From Gammaproteobacteria bacterium (lineage in GTDB: Bacteria; Pseudomonadota; Gammaproteobacteria; Pseudomonadales; M0112): DNA of 34,925 nucleotides. Where the stretch lies: assembly GCA_006227085.1 (NCBI GenBank), contig SBFY01000020.1, positions 1 through 34,925 on the forward strand. Direction: 5' to 3'. Positions within the stretch are counted from its first letter, which is position 1. Every line of letters starts with the position of its first letter. Below, piece after piece: positions 20,574 to 29,571 of this stretch. Under the pieces are notes generated by a model. That model was not told the origin of the DNA and made no database searches. It was given only the letters and a program-made list of their open reading frames with translations. The position numbers were made by a program, and so were the translations under genes.

Positions 20574-22232
20574 ATGGCCCAGTATGTCTTCACCATGAAC
20601 CGCGTTGGCAAGGTGGTGCCGCCCAAGCGCGAGATCCTCAAGGACATCTCCCTGTCCTTCTTCCCGGGTGCGAAGATCGGCGTGCTGGGCCTGAACGGCT
20701 CCGGCAAGTCCACCCTGCTCAAGATCATGGCCGGCGTGGACAAGGATTTTAATGGCGAGGCCCGCCCGATGCCGGGCATCAAGATCGGCTACCTGCCGCA
20801 GGAACCGGAGCTCGACCCGGCCAAGACCGTGCGCGGCAATGTCGAGGACGGGGTTCGCGAGGCCCTGGATGCCCTGGCCGGCCTTGACCAGGTCTATGCC
20901 GCCTATGCCGAACCGGATGCCGATTTCGACGCGCTGGCCAGGAAACAGGCCGAGTTCGAGAACATCATCCAGGCCACCGATGCCCATAACCTCGACCACA
21001 AGCTCGAGGTCGCGGCCGACGCCCTGCGCCTGCCGCCCTGGGACGCCGATGTGACCAAACTCTCCGGCGGTGAGAAGCGCCGCGTGGCCCTGTGCCGCCT
21101 GCTGCTGTCGAACCCGGACATGCTGCTGCTGGACGAGCCCACCAACCACCTCGACGCCGACAGCGTGGCCTGGCTGGAGCATTTCCTGCACGATTTCCCC
21201 GGCACCGTGGTGGCGATCACCCACGACCGTTACTTCCTCGACAACGTTGCCGGCTGGATCCTCGAGCTCGACCGCGGCCACGGCATCCCCTACGAAGGCA
21301 ACTACACCACCTGGCTGGAAGCCAAGGAGAAGCGCCTGGAAATCGAGGAGAAGCAGGAGCAGTCCCGCCAGAAAGCCATCAAGCACGAACTGGAGTGGGT
21401 ACGCACCAACCCGAAAGGCCGCCACGCCAAGAACAAGGCGCGCCTGGCCCGTTTCGAGGAAATGAACAGCCAGGAATTCCAGAAGCGCAACGAAACCAAT
21501 GAAATCTACATCCCGCCAGGGCCGCGCCTGGGCGACAAGGTGATCGAGGTTGAGCACCTGAAGAAGAGCTATGGCGAGCGCGTGCTGATCGAAGACCTCA
21601 GCTTCAAGGTGCCCAAGGGCGCCATCATCGGCATCATCGGTGGCAACGGGGCCGGCAAATCCACCCTGTTCCGCATGATCCAGGGCGGTGAACAGCCCGA
21701 CAGCGGCAGCATCAGCCTTGGCGAATCGGTGCAGGTTTCGTATGTGGACCAGTCACGCGAGAACCTCGACGGCAGCAAAACCGTGTGGGAGGAGATCTCC
21801 GGCGGCAATGACATCCTCCGGATCGGCAGCTATGAAGTGCCGTCACGCTCCTATATCGGCCGCTTCAACTTCAAGGGCACCGACCAGCAGAAGCGCGTCG
21901 GCGAGCTCTCCGGCGGTGAACGCAACCGCCTGCACCTGGCCAAAACCCTGCAACAGGGCGGCAATGTGCTGCTACTGGACGAACCGACCAACGACCTCGA
22001 CGTGGAAACCCTGCGGGCGCTGGAGGAGGCGATCCTCGCCTTCCCCGGCTCGGCCCTGATCACCTCGCACGACCGCTGGTTCCTGGACCGGGTCGCCACC
22101 CACATATTGGCTTTCGAGGGCGACAGCCAAGTGCTATTCTTTGAAGGCAACTACAGCGAATACGAAGAAGACCGCAAGCAGCGTCAGGGCGACCAGCAAC
22201 CGACCCGGATGCGCTACCGCAAGCTGGCCTGA
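20574..22232 (+). CDS. ettA: ABC-F translational throttle protein EttA (YjjK)
   Basis: 552 aa. [47 protein letters not shown] is a near-identical N-terminal signature of EttA. There are two Walker A motifs ([18 protein letters not shown]) and two LSGGE signature motifs. Confidence 0.95.
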   Translation: MAQYVFTMNRVGKVVPPKREILKDISLSFFPGAKIGVLGLNGSGKSTLLKIMAGVDKDFNGEARPMPGIKIGYLPQEPELDPAKTVRGNVEDGVREALDALAGLDQVYAAYAEPDADFDALARKQAEFENIIQATDAHNLDHKLEVAADALRLPPWDADVTKLSGGEKRRVALCRLLLSNPDMLLLDEPTNHLDADSVAWLEHFLHDFPGTVVAITHDRYFLDNVAGWILELDRGHGIPYEGNYTTWLEAKEKRLEIEEKQEQSRQKAIKHELEWVRTNPKGRHAKNKARLARFEEMNSQEFQKRNETNEIYIPPGPRLGDKVIEVEHLKKSYGERVLIEDLSFKVPKGAIIGIIGGNGAGKSTLFRMIQGGEQPDSGSISLGESVQVSYVDQSRENLDGSKTVWEEISGGNDILRIGSYEVPSRSYIGRFNFKGTDQQKRVGELSGGERNRLHLAKTLQQGGNVLLLDEPTNDLDVETLRALEEAILAFPGSALITSHDRWFLDRVATHILAFEGDSQVLFFEGNYSEYEEDRKQRQGDQQPTRMRYRKLA

Positions 22233-22275
22233 GGGCCAGCCGGCGGCCGGTTAATAACCATAAGAAAGGCCGCGC

Positions 22276-22629
22276 ATGAGCGAAGACCAACGCCAGCACC
22301 ATCGCATCAACTACGACACCCCGGCCATCATCAGCCAGGGCGACAAGGAATGGCCAACCCTGGTCATTGATATTTCCGTACGCGGCCTGCTGATCTGGCT
22401 GCCGGATGACTGGGATGCCGATAACCAGCAACCCTTCAAGGCCGTCATCCCACTGGGTGGTAATGCCATTATCCGCATGGACCTGCAGCTCGTGCGCGCC
22501 AGCAATGAGCGCGCCGGCTTCCAATGCTCCCACATTGACGCGGCCAGCATCGAGCACCTGAAGCAACTGCTGGAGTGGAATCTCGGTGACGCCAGCCTGG
22601 TCGAGCGCGAATTAAGCGCACTCGGCTGA
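22276..22629 (+). CDS. mapZ: Single-domain PilZ c-di-GMP receptor, MapZ (P. aeruginosa PA4608)-like
   Basis: 117 aa. It has the RxxxR motif (RQHHR) and the D/NxSxxG motif (DISVRG). Similarity to my recollection of PA4608 runs end to end (..FHRIAFD..., [45 protein letters not shown] versus here GFQCSHIDAASIEHLKQLLEWNLGDASLVERELSAL). SD AAGAAAGG precedes the ATG. Confidence 0.8.
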   Translation: MSEDQRQHHRINYDTPAIISQGDKEWPTLVIDISVRGLLIWLPDDWDADNQQPFKAVIPLGGNAIIRMDLQLVRASNERAGFQCSHIDAASIEHLKQLLEWNLGDASLVERELSALG

Positions 22630-22634
22630 AGCCC

Positions 22635-25007
22635 ATGACACCAGGGAGCGGTGCCTTGACGATCCTGAAACGCCTGCTGGTGATCGCCCTGGCCATGGGA
22701 CTGGCCGGCTGTACCGCCTGGGAGCGTTACCACCTCAATCGCGAATTCGGCAAGCCCGACAGCGTGACACGCCTGGTCACCGCGGCCGGCAAGGACCCTG
22801 AATACCATCGCGATATCCGCCCGTTAATCGAAACGCGCTGCACCGTCTGCCACGGTTGTTATGACGCCCCGTGCCAACTGAAACTGGATGCCTACGCCGG
22901 CGTCGAGCGTGGTGCCAGTAAAGCCAAGGTGTATGACGGCACCCGTTTGCTCGCTGCCAACCTGACCCGCTTGTTCGTGGATGCCAGCAACACCGGCGAA
23001 TGGCGCGACAAGGGGTTCAGCCCGGTCCTCAACGAACGCCAGCAAAGCCCGGCAGCCAACACCCAGGGCAGCGTCATGTACCGGATGCTGGCGCTCAAGG
23101 AAGCACACCCCTTACCGCAAGAAGCCATCCTGCCAGCCAGTTTTGATTTCTCGCTGGATCGCGCCGAGCAATGCACCACCATCGAGGAAATGCCTGCCTA
23201 CGAGAAGAAATACCCGCTCTGGGGCATGCCGTACGGGCTGCCCGGCCTGTCCAGTGATGAATCACAATTATTGATGCGCTGGATCGAAACCGGCGCCCAA
23301 ACCACGGTCACCCCCGAACCGGATGCGCGCTACCAGGCGGCCATCGCCACGTGGGAGGCCCTGCTCAACCGTGACGACTTGCGTTCGCAAGTGTCAGCCC
23401 GCTACATCTATGAACACCTGTTTTACGGCAACCTGTATTTCAGCGAATTACCCTTGGGCCCGTACTTCAGGCTGGTTCGCTCCAGCACACCGCCGGGTGA
23501 ACCTATCCGTGAAATTGCCACCCGCCGGCCCTACGATGACCCCGGCGTACCGCGTGTGTATTACCGCCTGTGGCATAACCCTTCCAGCACACTGGACAAA
23601 ACCCACATGCCCTATGCGTTGGACGCGCAACGCATGCAACGCTGGAAAGCCCTGTTTTTCGATGCCGGCTTTGCCGTCGGGCAACTGCCCGGCTATGAAC
23701 CCGAACTCGCTTCCAACCCGTTTGCGACCTTCAGGGAATTACCGGCGCAATCACGCTACCGCTTCATGCTGGATGACGCACGCTTCATCATCCAGGGGTT
23801 CATCAAAGGCCCCGTGTGCCGCGGCCAACTGGCACTCAATGTGATTGATGACCGCTTCTGGGTCATGTTCGTCGATCCGGAACACCCTTCCGCGATGGAC
23901 AATGGCAATTACCTGGCACAGCACAGTGAAGTCCTGCAGCTGCCTGCTGCCAAGGAAAGCAATGTGTTGCCAATCACCAACTGGCTGCGCTATGCCAAGC
24001 TGCAGCGCGAATGGCTGCAGGCCAAAGGCTCTTACTTCCAGGAAAATTTCCCGCAGGTTGTCCATCCCACTGTGGATGTCATCTGGAATGGCGAGCAGAG
24101 CAACCCCAACGCGGCGCTGACCGTGTTCCGCCACTTTGATAGCGCTACCGTCAGTTATGGCTGGGTGGGCACGCCACCCAAAACAGCCTGGGTGATCGGC
24201 TATCCGCTCCTGGAACGCATCCACTATTTGCTGGTGGCTGGTTTCGATGTGTACGGGAACCTGGGTCACCAGCTGGTGACACGCCTGTACATGGATTTCC
24301 TGCGCATGGAAGGGGAAGCCAATTTCCTGCTCCTGCTGCCAGAACCTGCCCGCAAGCAAGCACTGGCGCATTGGTACCAGGATGCCCCGGAACACGTCAT
24401 GAAATACGTCGATGACCACTGGCTCAGCAACCGGGTAGAGCCGGCCATCACTTACCGCAGCGCAGATCCGAAGCGTGAACTGTTCGGATTATTGGAACAA
24501 CACTTTGGCAATGCACTCGACCAGCATCGTGATATCACCCATAGCCCTCTCCAGCCTGCAACGATCGATGCACTGCAGAACCTTGAAAACCTGCGCGGGG
24601 AAGCCCTGTCGCTGATGCCGGAAACGGCTTTCCTGGTCGTGCAGGCACACCACGGTGAATACCCGCTCACCATACTGCACAACAACGGCTACAAGAACCT
24701 CAGCACCCTGTTCATGGAAAACAGCCGGCGCTTACCCGACGAAGACAGCCTGACCATAGCCAACGGCTTCCTGGGCGCCTATCCCAACGCACTGTTTCAC
24801 GTGCATGAGCACGATGTCGCACTGTTTACCAACAGGATACGGCAGATGCGCAGCGCCGCTGATTACACCGCCCTGATGGACCGCTTCGGGGTACGCCGCT
24901 CGGAAACCACCTTCTGGGCTTTCAGCGACCGCATTCACCAATTGCACAAGGCGACGAACCCTACGGATGCCGGCTTATTTGATTACAATCGACTGGAAAA
25001 CCGTTAA
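22635..25007 (+). CDS. cti: Fatty-acid cis/trans isomerase (heme c), predicted lipoprotein
   Basis: 790 aa. It has the Cti hallmark RPLIETRCTVCHGCYDAPCQLKLDAY with a CXXCH heme site, and its length is similar to Pseudomonas Cti. The N-terminus ..ILKRLLVIALAMGLAGC carries a perfect lipobox (LAGC). An alternative in-frame TTG start at 22656 follows SD AGGGAG. Confidence 0.9.
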   Translation: MTPGSGALTILKRLLVIALAMGLAGCTAWERYHLNREFGKPDSVTRLVTAAGKDPEYHRDIRPLIETRCTVCHGCYDAPCQLKLDAYAGVERGASKAKVYDGTRLLAANLTRLFVDASNTGEWRDKGFSPVLNERQQSPAANTQGSVMYRMLALKEAHPLPQEAILPASFDFSLDRAEQCTTIEEMPAYEKKYPLWGMPYGLPGLSSDESQLLMRWIETGAQTTVTPEPDARYQAAIATWEALLNRDDLRSQVSARYIYEHLFYGNLYFSELPLGPYFRLVRSSTPPGEPIREIATRRPYDDPGVPRVYYRLWHNPSSTLDKTHMPYALDAQRMQRWKALFFDAGFAVGQLPGYEPELASNPFATFRELPAQSRYRFMLDDARFIIQGFIKGPVCRGQLALNVIDDRFWVMFVDPEHPSAMDNGNYLAQHSEVLQLPAAKESNVLPITNWLRYAKLQREWLQAKGSYFQENFPQVVHPTVDVIWNGEQSNPNAALTVFRHFDSATVSYGWVGTPPKTAWVIGYPLLERIHYLLVAGFDVYGNLGHQLVTRLYMDFLRMEGEANFLLLLPEPARKQALAHWYQDAPEHVMKYVDDHWLSNRVEPAITYRSADPKRELFGLLEQHFGNALDQHRDITHSPLQPATIDALQNLENLRGEALSLMPETAFLVVQAHHGEYPLTILHNNGYKNLSTLFMENSRRLPDEDSLTIANGFLGAYPNALFHVHEHDVALFTNRIRQMRSAADYTALMDRFGVRRSETTFWAFSDRIHQLHKATNPTDAGLFDYNRLENR

Positions 25008-25108
25008 GCACGGACCCGTTTTTGATGCGCATCACAGTGAATACACGCGCATCCGGATGTAATAACACAAGATGCAAGGCAATCATCAGCAATCAGGGAG
25101 ACGTAACC

Positions 25109-25483
25109 ATGAACACGATACGCCCACTATTGATTCTCTGCCTGCTCACCAGCATGGCTGCCCATGCCGATAATACCCAGCAGGAAGTCCTCAAGGCGCA
25201 AGAGCATGTTGAAGCGCATCGTGCTGCCGCACAAAAAGAAGCTCTGCAAAACCAGCAGCGCGTTGAGCAGAAACGCGCCATTGAGCAGGAGCGCATCCTG
25301 CAACAACAAGATGCCATCGAAGCACGGCGCGCTGCCGCACAGCAGGATGAGCTGCAGAAGCAGAAAGCTGTTGACCAGACGCTGGATGAACAACAGCGTG
25401 AAGTGCTCCATGAACAGGATCATATTGAAGCCAATCGAGCCGAACGCCAGAAAGAAATGATGGAAGAAGAAGGGATCAAGTAA
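25109..25483 (+). CDS. Small secreted Q/E/A-rich repeat protein of unknown function
   Basis: ORF 25022..25483, trimmed to ATG 25109, which is preceded by SD AGGGAG (25095..25100). The signal peptide is MNTIRPLLILCLLTSMAAHA/DN. The mature ~104 aa form three ~33-aa helical repeats: QEHVEAHRAAAQKEALQNQQ, QDAIEARRAAAQQDELQKQK, QDHIEANRAERQKEMMEEE. Confidence 0.6.
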   Translation: MNTIRPLLILCLLTSMAAHADNTQQEVLKAQEHVEAHRAAAQKEALQNQQRVEQKRAIEQERILQQQDAIEARRAAAQQDELQKQKAVDQTLDEQQREVLHEQDHIEANRAERQKEMMEEEGIK

Positions 25484-25656
25484 TAGCGGCGAAGGGCAAT
25501 TGCACGCGTCTTGATCAACCAAAGCGCGATGGCTTTACCAGCCAAGCCACCCACCCCGGGCAGCCCCTTCCCTCCCATCAGCGGCGCCAATCGACGCCGT
25601 CGCTACCCAAGCGCGGCTGGATGTATTTTTCATAGGCCTATTGCCCGGGAAAGCTC

Positions 25657-26559
25657 ATGAAGCCTGTTTTTGAAACGGTCGAGATGGATGCCAACAGCTC
25701 CATTCGCGTACTGCACTTCCAATGCGGGGCCTTCCAGCAGGATCACGGCTGGCACTACCACCCTGAATACGAATTGTCCTTTGTCGCCAAAGGGGAAGGC
25801 ACCCGGTTTGTGGGTGACAGCATTGAAAGCTACCAGCCTGGCGACCTGGTCTTGCTGGGCCCCAACACTCCCCATTGCTGGGTAAGCAATGACCCTGCCG
25901 CGAAACCAGCAAGGGAAGGCTCACTGTCGAGTGAAATGATCGTGATCCAGTTCCTGCCGAATTGTCTCGGGGAAAGCTTTGCCCACATCCCGGAATCAAA
26001 AGCCCTGCGAACATTGCTGGATGCCTCGGCCAGGGGCATTCATTACGCCGGCGAAGAAACCACAACCATCCCTGCGTTAATGCAAGAAACCTGTCAGGCC
26101 CACGGACTGCACCGGATCTCGCTGTTCATCGAAATCCTCCACATCTTGTCTACCAGCAAGAACAAACGATATCTCTCCAGCGAAAATCATGTTATTGACA
26201 ATGATTGCAGCCATGGGAAACGCATGGAAATGATCGTGGAGCACATTTCCGATAACCTATCCAACGAAATCAAGCAAACGGACATGGCAGAACTGGTCGG
26301 GATAACCCCCCAAAGTTTTAGCCGGTTCTTCAAATCTGCCAGCGGAAGGACGTTCGTCTCGTTCGTGAATGCCATGCGAATCAGCAAGGCCTGCCAATTA
26401 CTGGCGAATACCGATGAGGACATCCTGGGCATTTCCCTGGCTTGCGGCTATCCCAACCTGTCGAACTTCAATCGCCGGTTCTCGGAACTGAAACACATGA
26501 CGCCGGGTGCCTACCGCAAAAAACATCGCAGCCTGCCAAAAAGCCCCTCCCACGAATAG
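25657..26559 (+). CDS. AraC/XylS-family transcriptional regulator with an N-terminal cupin domain
   Basis: 300 aa. The cupin block is WHYHPEYELSFV..G...GD. The C-terminal double HTH is ...MAELVGITPQSFSRFFK...ACGYPNLSNFNRRFSELKHMTPGAYR. It lies upstream of xylB-xylA. Confidence 0.85.
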   Translation: MKPVFETVEMDANSSIRVLHFQCGAFQQDHGWHYHPEYELSFVAKGEGTRFVGDSIESYQPGDLVLLGPNTPHCWVSNDPAAKPAREGSLSSEMIVIQFLPNCLGESFAHIPESKALRTLLDASARGIHYAGEETTTIPALMQETCQAHGLHRISLFIEILHILSTSKNKRYLSSENHVIDNDCSHGKRMEMIVEHISDNLSNEIKQTDMAELVGITPQSFSRFFKSASGRTFVSFVNAMRISKACQLLANTDEDILGISLACGYPNLSNFNRRFSELKHMTPGAYRKKHRSLPKSPSHE

Positions 26560-26698
26560 GCAGCCACAACGCCCGGGACCGGCAACGCCGACCCCAGGAT
26601 AAAAACGTGTAATTCCCACGGTAATTGAGGCCTAGCGCCTATCCTCCACCCATATTATTTTGTGGACTCGCTGACCCGAAACCTATCAGGCAACCCCG

Positions 26699-28192
26699 AT
26701 GGAAAAATCTGTCATTGGCGTGGACTTGGGCACCCAAGGGCTCAAGCTCATCGCATACGATCCGGATAACAAGCAGGTTATCGATTGTGTTTCAGCACCG
26801 CTGGAGATGATTTCCCACAGCGATGGTTCACGCGAACAATTGGCACAGTGGTGGGTTGAAGCCTTCCAGCAATGCATCCATGCCATTCCGGCCAGCATCC
26901 GGAAAACGGTCGTGGCCATCGGTGTCTCTGGCCAGCAACACGGTTTTGTTCCTGTGGACAGCAAAGGCAATGTACTCGCCCCGGTCAAATTATGGTGCGA
27001 CACATCAACCAAACAGGAATGTGCAGCCATCATTCATGATATCGGCGGCAATGCCGCCAACATGGCCTTGACCGGGGTACCCCTCAAGGTTGGCTATACC
27101 GCTTCAAAGATCCGCTGGTTCAGGGATCACCATCCGGAACTCTACCAGCGCATGAGCCGGATCTTATTGCCCCATGACTACCTGAATTTTTTCCTGACAG
27201 GAAACAGCTGCATGGAGTATGGCGATGCCTCTGGCACAGGCTTGCTGGATGTACGCCACCGGTGCTGGAGCAAACCATTGATTGAGGCCCTTGACCCCAA
27301 CAGGGACTTGACGCCATGCCTGCCACCGCTGGTGGATTCCCATCAAAAAGCCGGCACCCTGCGCCCTGGACTGGCGGCAGCACTGGGATTGCCAAACCAT
27401 GTCATGGTATCTGCCGGTGGCGGCGACAACATGATGGCAGCCATCGGGACCGGCAATATTGTCCCAGGCAAGCTAACGGCGAGCCTCGGCACATCGGGCA
27501 CATTATTTGCCTTTGCGGATCGCCCCCTGATCGACCCACAAGGGGAACTTGCTGCATTTTGCTCCTCAAGCGGTGGCTGGCTACCCTTGCTGTGCACAAT
27601 GAATTGCACGATCGCGATCGAACAGATACGCAATTTACTGCACCTGCAGGACATGGACCTCGAGGCATTGGCAGGCAGCATCGGTATCGGTGCTGATGGC
27701 GTGCTGACCCTTCCCTTTTATAACGGGGAGCGCACGCCTGATTTACCCAATGGCAAGGCCGTGATTTTTGGCCTGGACAACACGAACACCACCAGCGCCC
27801 ATTTATTGCGCTCTGCCATGGAATCCGCGATTTTCGGCATGAAAAACGGGCTTTCCGCTTTTTCCCGTTGCGGGCTGCAGTTCAGCGAAGTGACTCTCAC
27901 AGGGGGTGGCAGCAACAGTGCGCTCTGGCGGCAGATATGTTGCGACATCCTTGACCTGCCTGTGAACGTCTTGCAGCAAAATGAAAATGCAGCATTTGGC
28001 GCCTGCCTGCAGGCATTGTGGTGCCACTCCCATGAACACGGCAATGGCACTCCTTTGCAGGATATCGTTCATGAACACCTTGCCTATGACAAGCAAAAAG
28101 CCTGCATGCCCAACAAGAAATCGGTGAATGCCTACAAGGAAATATACCAACGTTACCTGGCCCTGATTGAGGCCGTCACACCACTCTATTAA
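26699..28192 (+). CDS. xylB: Xylulokinase (FGGY family)
   Basis: 497 aa. Motifs: [53 protein letters not shown]. It is adjacent to xylA. Confidence 0.9.
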   Translation: MEKSVIGVDLGTQGLKLIAYDPDNKQVIDCVSAPLEMISHSDGSREQLAQWWVEAFQQCIHAIPASIRKTVVAIGVSGQQHGFVPVDSKGNVLAPVKLWCDTSTKQECAAIIHDIGGNAANMALTGVPLKVGYTASKIRWFRDHHPELYQRMSRILLPHDYLNFFLTGNSCMEYGDASGTGLLDVRHRCWSKPLIEALDPNRDLTPCLPPLVDSHQKAGTLRPGLAAALGLPNHVMVSAGGGDNMMAAIGTGNIVPGKLTASLGTSGTLFAFADRPLIDPQGELAAFCSSSGGWLPLLCTMNCTIAIEQIRNLLHLQDMDLEALAGSIGIGADGVLTLPFYNGERTPDLPNGKAVIFGLDNTNTTSAHLLRSAMESAIFGMKNGLSAFSRCGLQFSEVTLTGGGSNSALWRQICCDILDLPVNVLQQNENAAFGACLQALWCHSHEHGNGTPLQDIVHEHLAYDKQKACMPNKKSVNAYKEIYQRYLALIEAVTPLY

Positions 28193-28211
28193 CAATGAGG
28201 TCATCATCACC

Positions 28212-29555
28212 ATGAGCACGGTATTCATCGGAAACAAGGAATTCTTCCCTGGCGTCAAGAAAATCGGATACGAAGGACCGGGGTCAGACAATCCCTTGGC
28301 TTATAAATTCTATGACGCCGACAAAAAGGTGGGCGATAAAACCCTGAAGGAACACTTGCGATTCGCGGTGTGTTATTGGCATACCTTCTGCGGAAAAGGC
28401 AGTGATCCGTTCGGCGGTGCCACGCAAGTCTTCGAATGGGACCAAGGCAGCGACCCACTCACCATGGCAACTTACAGGATGGATGCAGCTTTCGAGTTGT
28501 TCAGCAAGCTCGGTGTGCCCTATTACTGCTTCCACGACCGCGACTTGGCGCCCGAAGGTGCCAATGTCCTGGAATCCGGGAAAAACCTGCAACACATGGT
28601 TGAACTGGCCAAAGAGCGCCAGGATTGCACGGGCACAAAGCTGCTGTGGGGCACCGCCAATTTATTCAGCCATCCACGCTACATGAATGGCGCAGCCACC
28701 AACCCGGATTTTACGGTACTCACCCATGCTGCGGCACAAGTCAAATGTGCCATCGATGCAACGATTGCATTGGGTGGCGAAAATTACGTGTTCTGGGGTG
28801 GCCGCGAGGGTTATGCCTCGTTATTGAACACCCACACAAAACGCGAGCTCGATCACCTGGCCCGCTTTCTCCAACTGGCGCGCGACTATGGTCGCCAGCA
28901 AGGCTTCAAGGGCACCTTCCTGATCGAACCCAAACCGATGGAACCTTGCAAGCACCAATATGATTTTGATGCACAAACCGTCATCGGCTTCCTGCGTCAT
29001 TACGGACTCGACCAGGATTTCAAGCTCAACATCGAAGCCAACCATGCCACATTAGCCGGGCACAGTTTTGCGCATGAATTGCGAATGGCGGCCGATGCGG
29101 GTTTGCTTGGCAGCATCGATGCCAATCGCGGTGACCCGCAAAACGGCTGGGACACCGACCAATTCCCTGTCGACATCTACGATGCTGTCCTTGGCATGAT
29201 GGTTGTCCTGGAACATGGCGGCTTCACCAGCGGCGGCCTGAACTTTGATGCCAAGGTGCGGCGTGAATCCGTATCGATGGAGGATATCTTTATTGGCCAC
29301 ATCGGCGGGATGGATACATTTGCCATAGGCCTGGAAGTTGCCCACCGCATCCTGGCGGATGGCAAACTGTCCCGCGCCCGTGATGACCGTTATGCCAGCT
29401 TTGATCGTGGCAACGGCTCCCGGTTTGAATCCGGCGAACTGTCACTCAAGGACCTGCATGATTTGGCTACCAATGGCGTTGAACCACAGGCTATCAGCGG
29501 CCGACAGGAGTGGTACGAAAACCTGGTGAACCAATATATCCTGACATCCCTTTGA
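28212..29555 (+). CDS. xylA: Xylose isomerase (class II)
   Basis: ORF 28167..29555, trimmed to ATG 28212, which follows GAGG. The N-terminus is [35 protein letters not shown]. Signatures: [34 protein letters not shown]. Confidence 0.95.
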   Translation: MSTVFIGNKEFFPGVKKIGYEGPGSDNPLAYKFYDADKKVGDKTLKEHLRFAVCYWHTFCGKGSDPFGGATQVFEWDQGSDPLTMATYRMDAAFELFSKLGVPYYCFHDRDLAPEGANVLESGKNLQHMVELAKERQDCTGTKLLWGTANLFSHPRYMNGAATNPDFTVLTHAAAQVKCAIDATIALGGENYVFWGGREGYASLLNTHTKRELDHLARFLQLARDYGRQQGFKGTFLIEPKPMEPCKHQYDFDAQTVIGFLRHYGLDQDFKLNIEANHATLAGHSFAHELRMAADAGLLGSIDANRGDPQNGWDTDQFPVDIYDAVLGMMVVLEHGGFTSGGLNFDAKVRRESVSMEDIFIGHIGGMDTFAIGLEVAHRILADGKLSRARDDRYASFDRGNGSRFESGELSLKDLHDLATNGVEPQAISGRQEWYENLVNQYILTSL

Positions 29556-29571
29556 TACACGGTAAGTGACC

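Noticed and set aside
20427-21557. Long antisense ORFs opposite well-supported genes. Examples: 376 aa opposite ettA; 370..1245 opposite thiD/thiG; 2056..2871 opposite thiO; 3752..4477 opposite thiC; 15703..16530 and 16253..16984 opposite ribBX; 23751..24419 opposite cti; 33261..34022 across the radA start.
   Set aside because: In GC-rich DNA, stop codons are rare on the antisense strand of real genes. These translations are low-complexity (R/P/A/G/H-rich) and show no recognisable motifs. In every case the opposite strand encodes a highly conserved protein.
22224-22239. Short hairpins at gene ends considered as terminators: CTGGCC-TGAG-GGCCAG over the ettA stop; AAATAG/CTATTT at 7259..7276 between the convergent sulfatase and membrane-protein genes; and GGCAA/TTGCC at 32130..32146 between GH31 and radA.
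   Set aside because: The stems are only 5-6 bp, some are AT-only, and none has a following U-tract. That is too weak to annotate as intrinsic terminators.
26609-26626. A GTAATT direct repeat (26609..26614 and 26621..26626) upstream of xylB, considered as an AraC-type operator.
   Set aside because: It is only a 6-mer repeated once at a 12-bp spacing, with no accompanying promoter elements that I could align. That is insufficient evidence.
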